64,000 nucleotides of DNA from positions 6,560-70,559 of the forward strand of contig JACRHP010000009.1 in the NCBI GenBank assembly GCA_016212005.1. The letters run 5' to 3'. A program made the position numbers and the translations under genes. Below are positions 28,772-37,956 of this stretch, piece by piece (the stretch's first letter is position 1; the number at the start of each line of letters is the position of its first letter). The notes under the pieces were generated by a model. The model was not told the origin of the DNA. It was given only the letters and a program-made list of their open reading frames with translations, and ran no database searches. Source of the DNA: Candidatus Omnitrophota bacterium. Lineage in GTDB: Bacteria; Omnitrophota; Gorgyraeia; Zapsychrales; Zapsychraceae.

Positions 28772-29605
28772 ATGAAACAATCACAATCAATCGCGCTTTT
28801 TCATCAGAACAAGGTCCGCCGCCATTGGGACGAGGGCAGGGAGCTCTGGTATTTTTCGATTGTGGATGTGGTGCAAATATTGACCGGCTCCACGATCCCA
28901 AGACGATATTGGAGCGATCTTAAAACAAAGCTTCAAGCGGAAGGAAGTGAAGTGTACGAGAAAATCGTACAGTTGAAAATGACCGCTCCGGACGGGAAAC
29001 AAAGAGAAACAGACTGTTTATCCACTGAAGATCTGCTCCGCGTCATCCAGTCCATCCCATCCCCCAAAGCCGAGCCTTTTAAGTTGTGGCTGGCGAAAGT
29101 GGGCTATGAGCGCATCGAAGAAACCGAGGACCCGGAGCTCGCGATGGAACGGGCGATGAAAACCTACCTCAAGAAAGGGTATACCAAAGAATGGATCAAC
29201 CAGCGGCTTAAAAGCATTGAAGTGCGCAAGGAATTGACGGATGAGTGGCAGGAACGGGGCATGAAGGAGGGTTTGGAATACGCGATATTGACCGACGAAA
29301 TCACGAAAGCATGGGCTGACAGGAGCGTCAAAGATTATAAGAAGCTCAAAGGCCTGAAGAAGCAAAACCTGCGCGACAATATGACCAACCTTGAGCTGGT
29401 TTTGAATATGCTGGCTGAGGCCTCCACGGCTGAGATTTCCAGGAAGAAACAGCCGAAAGGTTTGCCGGCCAATAAACAGGTTGCGCGTCAGGGCGGCGCG
29501 GCGGCGGGAAAAGCGCGGGCCGAGATCGAAAAACAAACCGGCGAAAGCGTCATCACCGGCGCGCATGCCCGCGCGCTTCCGGTTGAGAAAACAAAGAAAA
29601 ATTAA
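28772..29605 (+). CDS. Bro-N domain protein (phage antirepressor/BRO-like)
   Basis: WYFSIVDVVQIL...LKMTAPDGKQRETDCLSTEDLLRVIQSIPSPKAEPFKLWLAKV matches the Bro-N pattern. The track ORF includes the GC palindrome; the ATG at 28772 is preferred. Confidence 0.7.
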   Translation: MKQSQSIALFHQNKVRRHWDEGRELWYFSIVDVVQILTGSTIPRRYWSDLKTKLQAEGSEVYEKIVQLKMTAPDGKQRETDCLSTEDLLRVIQSIPSPKAEPFKLWLAKVGYERIEETEDPELAMERAMKTYLKKGYTKEWINQRLKSIEVRKELTDEWQERGMKEGLEYAILTDEITKAWADRSVKDYKKLKGLKKQNLRDNMTNLELVLNMLAEASTAEISRKKQPKGLPANKQVARQGGAAAGKARAEIEKQTGESVITGAHARALPVEKTKKN

Positions 29606-29620
29606 CGAAAATTAAAGGCG

Positions 29621-29697
29621 CTTTGGGACACCTGTTCACGAACGTTCGCGGCGCGGCCGCGCTCTTTCCTGACATGCTTTTGGGAGAAGAGCTTGCC
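29621..29697. repeat. 76-bp direct repeat, copy 2
   Basis: See 28575-28650. Confidence 0.7.
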
Positions 29698-29873
29698 AAC
29701 ATGAGAAGAATAGGTCCCCCGGGCGGGGATTGGCAAGCCGCCCTGAAGATCGCCCTATTCCTTCGCGCAAGCGCTGGAAAATTTCTTGACTACCATACAT
29801 ATGTGTTGTACAAAAAATCAATCCCCCAATTCCCCCTTGTTAACCATTTTTAAAAAAGAAAGGGGAAATATCC

Positions 29874-30170
29874 ATGTCCACTGAAACGTACTTAACCAAA
29901 ATTGCAGTTTTCAAAGGAAGAGAGGTCAGGAGGGTTCTTATTGAGGGGAAATGGTGGTTTTCCGTGGTTGATGTTGTTTCCGTATTGACGGACAGTGACA
30001 ATCCGCGCGATTATTGGTACAAGATGAAGATCAGAGAAAAAGACGAGGCGGATGTTCAACTGTCGACAATTTGTCGACAGTTCAAATTGACCGCCCCGGA
30101 TGGCAAGTTGAGAAAGACGAACTGTGCCAACATGAGAAGAATAGGCGCCAGTCACCCGGGCAAGTTTTGA
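29874..30170 (+). CDS. Truncated Bro-N paralog (98 aa)
   Basis: N-terminal two-thirds parallels the upstream Bro-N. Homology ends at a 20-bp repeat (gccaacatgagaagaatagg) that is also present at 29695-29714. Confidence 0.55.
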   Translation: MSTETYLTKIAVFKGREVRRVLIEGKWWFSVVDVVSVLTDSDNPRDYWYKMKIREKDEADVQLSTICRQFKLTAPDGKLRKTNCANMRRIGASHPGKF

Positions 30171-30295
30171 GGCCAAAAGGCGAAAAGAAGGGGCGGCGGT
30201 ATGGGTTTTAAGATATCGGACATTTATTGGACAAATAAATCCGTGACAGGGACTAATTTTTGAAGGCCGCGAAGGCCACATAAGTTTGCAAGCCA

Positions 30296-32398
30296 ATGAA
30301 AATTTTACAAATATTGCCTGAATTAAATGTCGGCGGGGTGGAGACCGGGACGGTCGACCTCGCCGGTTATCTGGCGCGGCAGGGACACCAGTCCATCGTC
30401 GTTTCCAACGGCGGAGAGCTTGTCGCCCGGCTTGAGGCCTCGGGCACGAAGCATTACACGCTGCCGGTGCACAAGAAATCTTTATGGACGATGTTCTGGT
30501 CTATCAAGGCGTTGCACAAGATTATCCTTGAGGAAAACGTCGACGTGGTCCATGCCCGCTCGCGCGTGCCCGCCTGGATCGCGTATTTCGCCTGCCGCAA
30601 GACAAAGGCGGCGCTGGTGACGACCTGCCACGGTTATTACGGCAGCCGGGTCTTCAGCCAGGTCATGGGCTGGCCGAAACTGGTCATCGTCCCCAGTGAA
30701 GTCATCGGCCGCCACATGATCGAGCATTTTCGTGTTTCTCCCAGCGGCATCCGGTATATCCCGCGCAGTGTCGATCTCGAACGATTCCGTGTGCCACGAG
30801 CCGATACGGCAGGCAAGTCCTTTTTTACTGTCGTTATTGTCGGGCGCCTGACGCCGCTCAAAGGGCACACCTTTTTTTTGCGGTCCATGGCGAAGGTCAT
30901 CCGCGCGATGCCCAATATCCGCGTCTGGATTGTCGGCGACGCGCCTGCCGGCAAACAGGCGTATAAAGAAGAGCTGCAGCTCTTGATCAAGAGGCTGGGC
31001 ATCCAGGGGCAAGTCGAGTTCCTGGGCAACCGCCGCGACGTGCCGCAGCTGCTGGCGCAGGCGGACGTGCTTGTCCTTTCAACCATCACCCAGGAGGCTT
31101 TCGGCCGGGTGATCCTCGAGGCCCAGGCCGTGGGCGTGCCGGTCGTGGCGACCAAAGTCGGAGGGGTCGTGGATATTATTGAGGACGGCCGCACCGGCCT
31201 CTTGGTCCCGGCGAAAGATATCGACGCCATGGCCAAGGCTGTGACGCGTGTTCTGAACGATAAAAAAACCGCCGCGCAAATGGCTGTGGCTGCGCGGGAA
31301 AAACTCGAGAGAGAATTCACGCTGGAACAGATGGTGTCCCGGACGATCCGGGTCTACGAGGAACTGATGCAGTCCATCAATATCCTGGTCATCAAGATCA
31401 GTTCGATGGGGGACGTGGTCCTCGTCACGGCGGCGTTAAAAGCGCTGCGCGCCCAATATCCTCACGCGAAAATCTATTGTCTGGTGGGCAAAGATTCCAG
31501 AAAAGTCTTGCAAAACTGCCCCCATCTCGACGGCATCATTGTGGATGACCCCAAGAATAAATATAAAGGGTGGTGGCGGACGTTTCTTCTTTCGCATAAG
31601 CTGCGTAAATACCGTTTTGATAAAATCGTGGATTTTCAGAACAACCGCCGCAGCCATCTTTTGGCCTTTTTGAGTTTCTCCAGGGAAAGTTACGGTTACG
31701 ATAACGGGAAATGGGGTAATCTGCTGACGCATCCTTTGAAAATATACCGCAATGATATCCCCGCCGTTGAACATCAATTTCAGCTGTTGAAGGAAATGGG
31801 CATCGCCATGCCGCCGGACGCCGCCCTGGAGCTGTGGCCGTCGGCCAAAGACCGGCAGTATATCCAGGAGTTGCTGGAATCCGAATGGCTGGGCAACATC
31901 CCGCGCATGGTCGGGATCAACATCGCCGCGTCGGAAAAATGGCAGACGAAAAACTGGCCGGTGGAACATATCGCGCGTTTATGCGATCTGCTGGCGGCCA
32001 GGAACATCCGCGTCCTTGTTACCGGCATGGAAAAGGACAGGCCTGTTGTCCAGCGGCTTATGGAAAACACAAGATCCAAACCGGCTGTTTTTGTCGGGCG
32101 CACGGACATCCTGCAACTGGCCGCCCTGATTGGACGCTGCAGCGTCTATATCACGCCGGATTCGGCGCCGCTTCACGTGGCGGCCGCCATGAAAACACCG
32201 CTAGTCGCCTTCTTCGGCCCGACGGATTCGCGCAGACACCGGCCGCCGGCGCGGCATATGGTTGTCCTCGAAAAGAAACTTGCCTGCGCGCCCTGTTACA
32301 GCCCGCGGTGTCTTGTCATGACTCACGCCTGTATGCGTGAGATAACTCCCGATGAAGTCCTCCAGAAGGTTGAAGAACTGATGGGCGCAAAAGTATGA
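30296..32398 (+). CDS. Bifunctional glycosyltransferase: GT4 domain (N-terminal) fused to a GT9 heptosyltransferase-like domain (C-terminal)
   Basis: N-terminal MKILQILPELNVGGVETGTVDLA...EAFGRVILEAQAVGVPVVAT (GT4). C-terminal INILVIKISSMGDVVLVTAALKAL...APLHVAAAMKTPLVAFFGPTD (GT9). Confidence 0.75.
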   Translation: MKILQILPELNVGGVETGTVDLAGYLARQGHQSIVVSNGGELVARLEASGTKHYTLPVHKKSLWTMFWSIKALHKIILEENVDVVHARSRVPAWIAYFACRKTKAALVTTCHGYYGSRVFSQVMGWPKLVIVPSEVIGRHMIEHFRVSPSGIRYIPRSVDLERFRVPRADTAGKSFFTVVIVGRLTPLKGHTFFLRSMAKVIRAMPNIRVWIVGDAPAGKQAYKEELQLLIKRLGIQGQVEFLGNRRDVPQLLAQADVLVLSTITQEAFGRVILEAQAVGVPVVATKVGGVVDIIEDGRTGLLVPAKDIDAMAKAVTRVLNDKKTAAQMAVAAREKLEREFTLEQMVSRTIRVYEELMQSINILVIKISSMGDVVLVTAALKALRAQYPHAKIYCLVGKDSRKVLQNCPHLDGIIVDDPKNKYKGWWRTFLLSHKLRKYRFDKIVDFQNNRRSHLLAFLSFSRESYGYDNGKWGNLLTHPLKIYRNDIPAVEHQFQLLKEMGIAMPPDAALELWPSAKDRQYIQELLESEWLGNIPRMVGINIAASEKWQTKNWPVEHIARLCDLLAARNIRVLVTGMEKDRPVVQRLMENTRSKPAVFVGRTDILQLAALIGRCSVYITPDSAPLHVAAAMKTPLVAFFGPTDSRRHRPPARHMVVLEKKLACAPCYSPRCLVMTHACMREITPDEVLQKVEELMGAKV

Positions 32399-33486
32399 AT
32401 GTTCTTTTTTTGACAACGCATCTTAACACCGGCGGCATTACCAGTTATCTTTTGACCCTGGCGCGGGGGATGCGCCGCCGGGGCGTTGGCGTCTCTATCG
32501 GCTCAAGCGGCGGTAATATGGAAAATGAATTCCGTTCGGCAGGCGCGACGGTCGTCCCGCTCGCCATCCGCACAAAATCCGAGCTGGACATCCGGATTTA
32601 CGCGTGCCTGCCCCGTTTGAAACGGCTGGTCAGCGACTATAAAATAGATATTATTCACTCTCATACCCGGATCACCCAAGTCATGGGGACATGGCTGTCG
32701 CGCGTGACCGGCGTGCCGTATGTATCCACCTGTCACGGTTTTTTCAAACCACGTCTTGCGCGGCGGCTGTTTCCTTGCTGGGGGGAAGCGGTCATTGCCA
32801 TCAGCGGCCCGGTACGGGACCACCTGCGCGCGGACTTTGGGATCCCGGACGAGAAAATCAGCATAGTCCACAGCGGCGTTGACGTGGAGTTGTATTCTCC
32901 GGTCGATACTCAAGCCGGAATAAAATGGCGGAATAAATATAACCTCGGCGAAGGTCCGGCCCTGGGAATGATCGCCCGTTTCTCGGATGTCAAAGGCCAG
33001 GATATCGCCATCGAGGCGATGCGGACGGTCGTCCAAAGAGTTCCCGGCGCCAAACTCCTTCTGGCCGGAGAAGGAAAAATGGAACAAAAACTTCGCGAAA
33101 TGGTAAAATCGTTCCAACTGGAAAGCCGCGTTATTTTTTGTCCTATTGTAAACCAGACCGCCGGGCTTTTATCGGCGCTGGATATTTTTCTTGTGCCCTC
33201 GCGCCAGGAAGGTCTGGGGCTTTCGATCATGGAAGCGCAGGCGGCCGGGTTGCCGGTGGTGGCTTCCCGGGTGGGAGGGATCCCGGGATTGATCGAACAT
33301 GGCCGTACCGGTATCCTGGTGGAACCGGAAAACCCCGCGGCCCTGGCCGAGGCGGTCATCGTCTTGTGCCGGGACGAACGTCGTCGGGCCGAATTAGGCA
33401 AGGCGGCCAGAGAGTTTGTCCGTAAGAATTATTCCGCTGATGCCATGGTCGCGGCGACGTTGGACTTCTACAAATCGGCAATTTGA
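32395..33486 (+). CDS. GT4 glycosyltransferase
   Basis: GLGLSIMEAQAAGLPVVASRVGGIPGLI motif. ATGA overlap with the previous gene. Confidence 0.8.
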   Translation: MNVLFLTTHLNTGGITSYLLTLARGMRRRGVGVSIGSSGGNMENEFRSAGATVVPLAIRTKSELDIRIYACLPRLKRLVSDYKIDIIHSHTRITQVMGTWLSRVTGVPYVSTCHGFFKPRLARRLFPCWGEAVIAISGPVRDHLRADFGIPDEKISIVHSGVDVELYSPVDTQAGIKWRNKYNLGEGPALGMIARFSDVKGQDIAIEAMRTVVQRVPGAKLLLAGEGKMEQKLREMVKSFQLESRVIFCPIVNQTAGLLSALDIFLVPSRQEGLGLSIMEAQAAGLPVVASRVGGIPGLIEHGRTGILVEPENPAALAEAVIVLCRDERRRAELGKAAREFVRKNYSADAMVAATLDFYKSAI

Positions 33487-33587
33487 AATGTCCTGTCATT
33501 GTCAATGAAGTAAAAAGGAATTCTTTTTTGGCGTTCCGGCCTGGGTAAAATTTCATGTTGTTAAATTTCATTGACTTATCCCCGCTT

Positions 33588-33629
33588 CTGTTCTATTTTA
33601 TCGAACAGTTGTATTATCCAATAGAACAG
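33588..33629. promoter_or_regulatory. Operator-like inverted repeat (ctgttctatt...aatagaacag, plus an internal gaacag) upstream of the second MNT gene
   Basis: 10-bp perfect inverted repeat seen directly, 12 nt before the start codon of an HTH-containing protein. Confidence 0.4.
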
Positions 33630-33640
33630 GAGATGATCCT

Positions 33641-34267
33641 ATGTTAATCCCGGCCGGAAGGAAAAAAATACTCGAAGTATTCTTAAAAGACCCTTTTAAA
33701 GAGATCCATTTACGGGAACTCTCCCGCCTGTCAAAATCCTCATTGGCTAATGTGGACAACTCAATGCGCTTATTTGTAAAAAACGACATGTTTAAGCGTA
33801 ATGAGATGTCGCATTCCACCTTCTTTAAGCCCAATCTTGAAAATGATGACACCATAAAAATATTCGAACTTTTGGAACTTGAGCGGCGCAAGACATTTTA
33901 CGCGAAGAATAAGAATATCGCCCGCCTGATTAAAAAATACACCGATTCAATTATTGAACTATCCAATAAGCGCATCCAGCTTGTTGTGCTTTTTGGCTCT
34001 GTAGCAAGGGGCGAATGGACAAAGGGAAGCGATATTGACATATTGGCAGTCGTTCCGGACAAGGAAAACGATATCATTGATATATTGAACAAGGCCAAGA
34101 CGGATGTCAGCCCGCTTTTAGAAATAAGGCCGATAAGCACCACAACGAAGAAATTCATTGATGGCTATAAGGCCAAGACTGAGTTTTACGATAATCTCTG
34201 GAAGGATCGCATTGTTTTGTATAACGAATTTCTATTCTGGCAACTTATAAGAGAGGGGGGCAAATAA
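33641..34267 (+). CDS. wHTH-fused minimal nucleotidyltransferase (second MNT)
   Basis: GSVARGEWTKGSDIDILAV motif; AT-rich. Confidence 0.75.
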   Translation: MLIPAGRKKILEVFLKDPFKEIHLRELSRLSKSSLANVDNSMRLFVKNDMFKRNEMSHSTFFKPNLENDDTIKIFELLELERRKTFYAKNKNIARLIKKYTDSIIELSNKRIQLVVLFGSVARGEWTKGSDIDILAVVPDKENDIIDILNKAKTDVSPLLEIRPISTTTKKFIDGYKAKTEFYDNLWKDRIVLYNEFLFWQLIREGGK

Positions 34268-34268
34268 T

Positions 34269-34766
34269 ATGCCCGAAAATTTGGAGAGGATTTTGCTGGG
34301 GTGTTTTCATCCAAAAGAAGGGAGGCCGAATTTACAGAAGGTGCCGGTCAGCACCGAGCGCGCGCAACTGCACATCGACAAGGCGCATAACAACCTGCGC
34401 GCAATGAAGCTGATGTTCGACAATGACCTCCTTGATTGGACGATCATCTGCGGTTATTACGCGATGTATCACGCGGTTTTAGCTTCTTTGTATAAAATAG
34501 GCGTTCGCGCCACAGCGCACTACTGCGCGCTTGCGGCGTTCAAGGAATTCTATGTCAAACGCGGTAAAGTCAAACCGGAGTTTCTTGCCTACATCAAACG
34601 CGCCAAACAGCTTGAGCAGAAATATTCCGAGTCATTGGACAAGGCTCAAGAGAACAGAGTGGTTGAACAATACGGCGTTGAGATTATCACCAGCGATGAC
34701 GCCGAATGGATTATCGAAGATGCAAAAGACTTTGTGCTGAAGATAGAGGAGATTTTAGCGGAGTAG
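34269..34766 (+). CDS. HEPN domain protein (second pair)
   Basis: 1-nt gap after the MNT gene; helical, with a YYAMYHA...RATAH region. Confidence 0.65.
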   Translation: MPENLERILLGCFHPKEGRPNLQKVPVSTERAQLHIDKAHNNLRAMKLMFDNDLLDWTIICGYYAMYHAVLASLYKIGVRATAHYCALAAFKEFYVKRGKVKPEFLAYIKRAKQLEQKYSESLDKAQENRVVEQYGVEIITSDDAEWIIEDAKDFVLKIEEILAE

Positions 34767-34856
34767 ACGCGGATATCGTCGTTAATAAATCTGACGCGCA
34801 ACAGGCGTCTTGTCTTAAGACAGTCTGGATATTCATGTTTGGTTAAAGAATAGACA

Positions 34857-35876
34857 ATGAACCGGATCCTTGTCGTTAATGTCAACTGGCTGGGGGATGT
34901 GATCTTTTCATCACCCGTCTTCAAGGCGCTCAAAGACCATTATCCCCAGGCGAAGATCAGCTGTCTGGCCGCGCCGCGCGTCCGGGAGGTCCTGGAATCT
35001 ATCCCGGCGGTCGATGAGATCATCATTTATGACGAGGAAGGCGAGCATAAGAATTTTTGGGGCAAGTTAAAGCTGATAGGCGTGTTATCTAAGAAACATT
35101 TTGACGCGGCGTTTCTGTTACACCGTTCGTTGACGCGCGCGTTGCTTGTATTTTTGGCCGGAATCCCGCGGCGTATCGGATATGACACCAAAAACCGGAG
35201 CATTTTTTTAACCCGCCGGATTAAAGCCCCAAGCGTCGACAGTCTCCACCGCGTGGATTATTATTTAAATGTGCTGGAGTCCTTCGGGATTCCTGTACGT
35301 GACCGAGTCACTTCTCTGGCCGTCTCCCCAACGGCGGAATCGGAAATTCATAGTATTTTAAAGTCACTGGGGGTTGATGAAAAAGACTACGTGGTCGTTA
35401 TTCACCCCGGAGGAAATTGGAATTTGAAGCGCTGGCCGCCAGCCAATTTTAACCTTTTGATCAGCCAATTGACGCGGGATCCCCGGGTTAAAGTGATCAT
35501 CACCGGGGCTGAATCGGACAAGGGCCTGGCGGATGAAATCACCGCGTCGTTAGCGCGTAAACCGGTCAACCTTGCCGGGAACATCAGCCTCCGGCAACTG
35601 ATCGCGCTCGCCCAACGCGCGGATTGTATGGTTTCCGCGGATTCCGGACCGCTGCACATCGCCAGCAGTGTCGGCACCCCGGTCGTTGGAATTTTCGGCC
35701 CGACCGACCCCGGGATCACGGGTCCGCGCGGCAGCGGGCGGTCCGTCATCTTGCGTTATGATGTCGGTTGCAACCGCAAACCCTGTTATTATTCGCAATG
35801 CCCGGACAACATTTGCATGCAGGCCGTAAGCGTCCAGAAGGTGCTCGATGCTGTCGAACAAATCAAAAATTCGTAA
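34857..35876 (+). CDS. GT9 heptosyltransferase (WaaC/WaaF/WaaQ family)
   Basis: ILVVNVNWLGDVIFSSPVFKALK...GPLHIASSVGTPVVGIFGPTD. Confidence 0.8.
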   Translation: MNRILVVNVNWLGDVIFSSPVFKALKDHYPQAKISCLAAPRVREVLESIPAVDEIIIYDEEGEHKNFWGKLKLIGVLSKKHFDAAFLLHRSLTRALLVFLAGIPRRIGYDTKNRSIFLTRRIKAPSVDSLHRVDYYLNVLESFGIPVRDRVTSLAVSPTAESEIHSILKSLGVDEKDYVVVIHPGGNWNLKRWPPANFNLLISQLTRDPRVKVIITGAESDKGLADEITASLARKPVNLAGNISLRQLIALAQRADCMVSADSGPLHIASSVGTPVVGIFGPTDPGITGPRGSGRSVILRYDVGCNRKPCYYSQCPDNICMQAVSVQKVLDAVEQIKNS

Positions 35877-36843
35877 GATACTGGTCGTTTCCCTGACGAA
35901 CATCGGCGACGTTATTTTGACCCTGCCGGTCATCGATATCCTTTTAAGGGACTTCCCGGAAGCGAAGCTTTCCGTTGTCGTCAGCCCCAAGGCACAAGCG
36001 CTCCTCAAAGGCAACCACTATTTTCACCGCGTGTACGTTTTTGACAAGCGCCAGCCCTGGTGGAAGACGGTCCCCTGGGTGGTCCATCTTTTGCAAAAAC
36101 GGTTTGACCTGGTCGTGGATTTGCGCAATACGGCCATCCCGTTTTTGATCGCCCCGCGTTACCGCACGCCCGCCGCGCTTGAACAAAAAAACGATGTGCA
36201 CATGAAGCAGAAACATCTCCAGCGTCTTTTGACCGTTTATCATTATGCCGCGGAGTCGGAGGGAAAACAGGCTGTCGTCGTTTCTCCTCAAGACACGGAA
36301 CTCATACATCAGATCATTGAAAATGCGTTTGGAAAAAATCCGTCTTATATCGTTGTGGCTCCAGGCGCCGCTGACCAGACCAAACAATGGCCGGTCCAGG
36401 GGTTCGTTGAAGTTTGTTATCAACTGATGAAGCGTTATAATATCCATTTGGTTTTGGTCGGCGATGAAAATGACCGTGTGGCAGTGAACCGGATCGCGGA
36501 AACGATTGGCCCGGGGGCCCTCAATTTGTGCGGACGCACGACACTCCCGCAGCTGGCCGCGGTCATCCAGCGCGCGCAGCTTGTCCTGGCCAACGACAGC
36601 GCGCCGATGCATTTGGCGAGCTACCTGGATGTCCCCGTGCTGGCGCTCTTTGGCCCGACGGACGCGCGTAAATACGGGCCGTGGGGGGCGAAGGGGCGGT
36701 TTATCCAGCGCAACCAGTTCTGTCCCGCCTGCCAGAACCCCAAAGACGCGCCCCGGCATACGTGCATGGGAACAATAATCACCCAGGATGTCCTGAACGC
36801 GTTTCAATGGGTGCAGGGAAAAGTGGTGTTCAGCCGGGCATGA
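35848..36843 (+). CDS. GT9 heptosyltransferase
   Basis: ILVVSLTNIGDVILTLPVIDIL...APMHLASYLDVPVLALFGPTD. Confidence 0.8.
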   Translation: MLSNKSKIRKILVVSLTNIGDVILTLPVIDILLRDFPEAKLSVVVSPKAQALLKGNHYFHRVYVFDKRQPWWKTVPWVVHLLQKRFDLVVDLRNTAIPFLIAPRYRTPAALEQKNDVHMKQKHLQRLLTVYHYAAESEGKQAVVVSPQDTELIHQIIENAFGKNPSYIVVAPGAADQTKQWPVQGFVEVCYQLMKRYNIHLVLVGDENDRVAVNRIAETIGPGALNLCGRTTLPQLAAVIQRAQLVLANDSAPMHLASYLDVPVLALFGPTDARKYGPWGAKGRFIQRNQFCPACQNPKDAPRHTCMGTIITQDVLNAFQWVQGKVVFSRA

Positions 36844-37889
36844 GCAACTACCGCAATATTCTGATCGTACGCACCGACCGTGTGGGCGATGTTGTCCTGA
36901 CCACCCCCGCCATCAAAGCCTTGAAACTGGGCTGGCCTGAAGCGAAAATTTCTATCCTGCTGGCCCCCGCTACCCGGGATTTAGTGGTTGGCAACCCTTA
37001 TCTGGATGAAATCCTGGTGGATGACCGTCAGGGGATCCATCGCGGGCCGTTTGGCTTTTTAAAACTTGTGACATCTTTGCGGCGGCAAAAGTTTGACCTG
37101 GCGGTCATTTACCACACCAAAAAGAGGACCAACCTCGCGTGTTTTTTAGCCGGCATCCCGCGCCGTACCGGTTACCGGAATAACAAGTTCGGTTTTTTGC
37201 TGACCGACCCGATCCCTGATGAACGTCCCCGGGGCCGCAAACATGAAGCTCAATATTGCCTGGACGTCTTGCGTCATCTGGGGGTCCCGGCTGAAGAAAT
37301 TTGTAATAGATCGCCCGAGACTTTAATTGAGGATGTGTATGTCGCCGTCACGCCGCAGGCGAGGGATTGGGCGCAGCGGTTTTGCCGCAATAACGGAATC
37401 CGGGATGACGAACGATTGATCGCCATCCATCCCGGGGCGAGCGACCCGGCCAAGCAATGGCCGCCGGCACAATTCGCGGAATTGATCGACCAGCTTTCCA
37501 GCAGACACTCAACTCCGGTGATGATGATCGGCACCGGTCATGCCGCTGAAGCCGTGCGGCAGATCCTTCCCCGCGTCCGCGCGCCCGTTATCAATTTGAC
37601 CAATAAAACAACGGTTGGACAGATGGCGGCGTTGTTGCAGCGCTGCCGGGTCCTGGTCTCCAATGACTCCGGCCCCGTCCATGTGGCTGCGGGAGTCGGG
37701 GTCCCCGTGGTTTCCATTTTTACCCGTGACCAACCCGGGATCAACCCGGAACGCTGGCAGCCGTTGGGGAAGATCTCCAGAGTCGTTCGCGCCTTACCTT
37801 CATCCGCAACGGCTGGAGCCAAATCAACGGAAGCCATTCCCACACAGGCGGTTTTGGAAGCTGTTGACGCCATATTTAAACTGTGTTAA
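36840..37889 (+). CDS. GT9 heptosyltransferase
   Basis: ILIVRTDRVGDVVLTTPAIKALK...GPVHVAAGVGVPVVSIF. The ATG at 36840 overlaps the previous stop; the track ORF starts 159 nt earlier inside the preceding gene. Confidence 0.8.
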   Translation: MSNYRNILIVRTDRVGDVVLTTPAIKALKLGWPEAKISILLAPATRDLVVGNPYLDEILVDDRQGIHRGPFGFLKLVTSLRRQKFDLAVIYHTKKRTNLACFLAGIPRRTGYRNNKFGFLLTDPIPDERPRGRKHEAQYCLDVLRHLGVPAEEICNRSPETLIEDVYVAVTPQARDWAQRFCRNNGIRDDERLIAIHPGASDPAKQWPPAQFAELIDQLSSRHSTPVMMIGTGHAAEAVRQILPRVRAPVINLTNKTTVGQMAALLQRCRVLVSNDSGPVHVAAGVGVPVVSIFTRDQPGINPERWQPLGKISRVVRALPSSATAGAKSTEAIPTQAVLEAVDAIFKLC

Positions 37890-37956
37890 AATCAACCTTC
37901 CAATTTTAGGATTTTATAGTTTAATTAATAAACTTATTAAAAAATAAGGTGTCTTT

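Noticed and set aside
22162-30295. Possibility that the repeat-bracketed cassettes form an integron array
   Set aside because: There is no intI gene. Integron attC sites of adjacent cassettes are structurally rather than sequence related and sit only at cassette 3' ends, whereas here each cassette has its own pair of sequence-similar flanking repeats.
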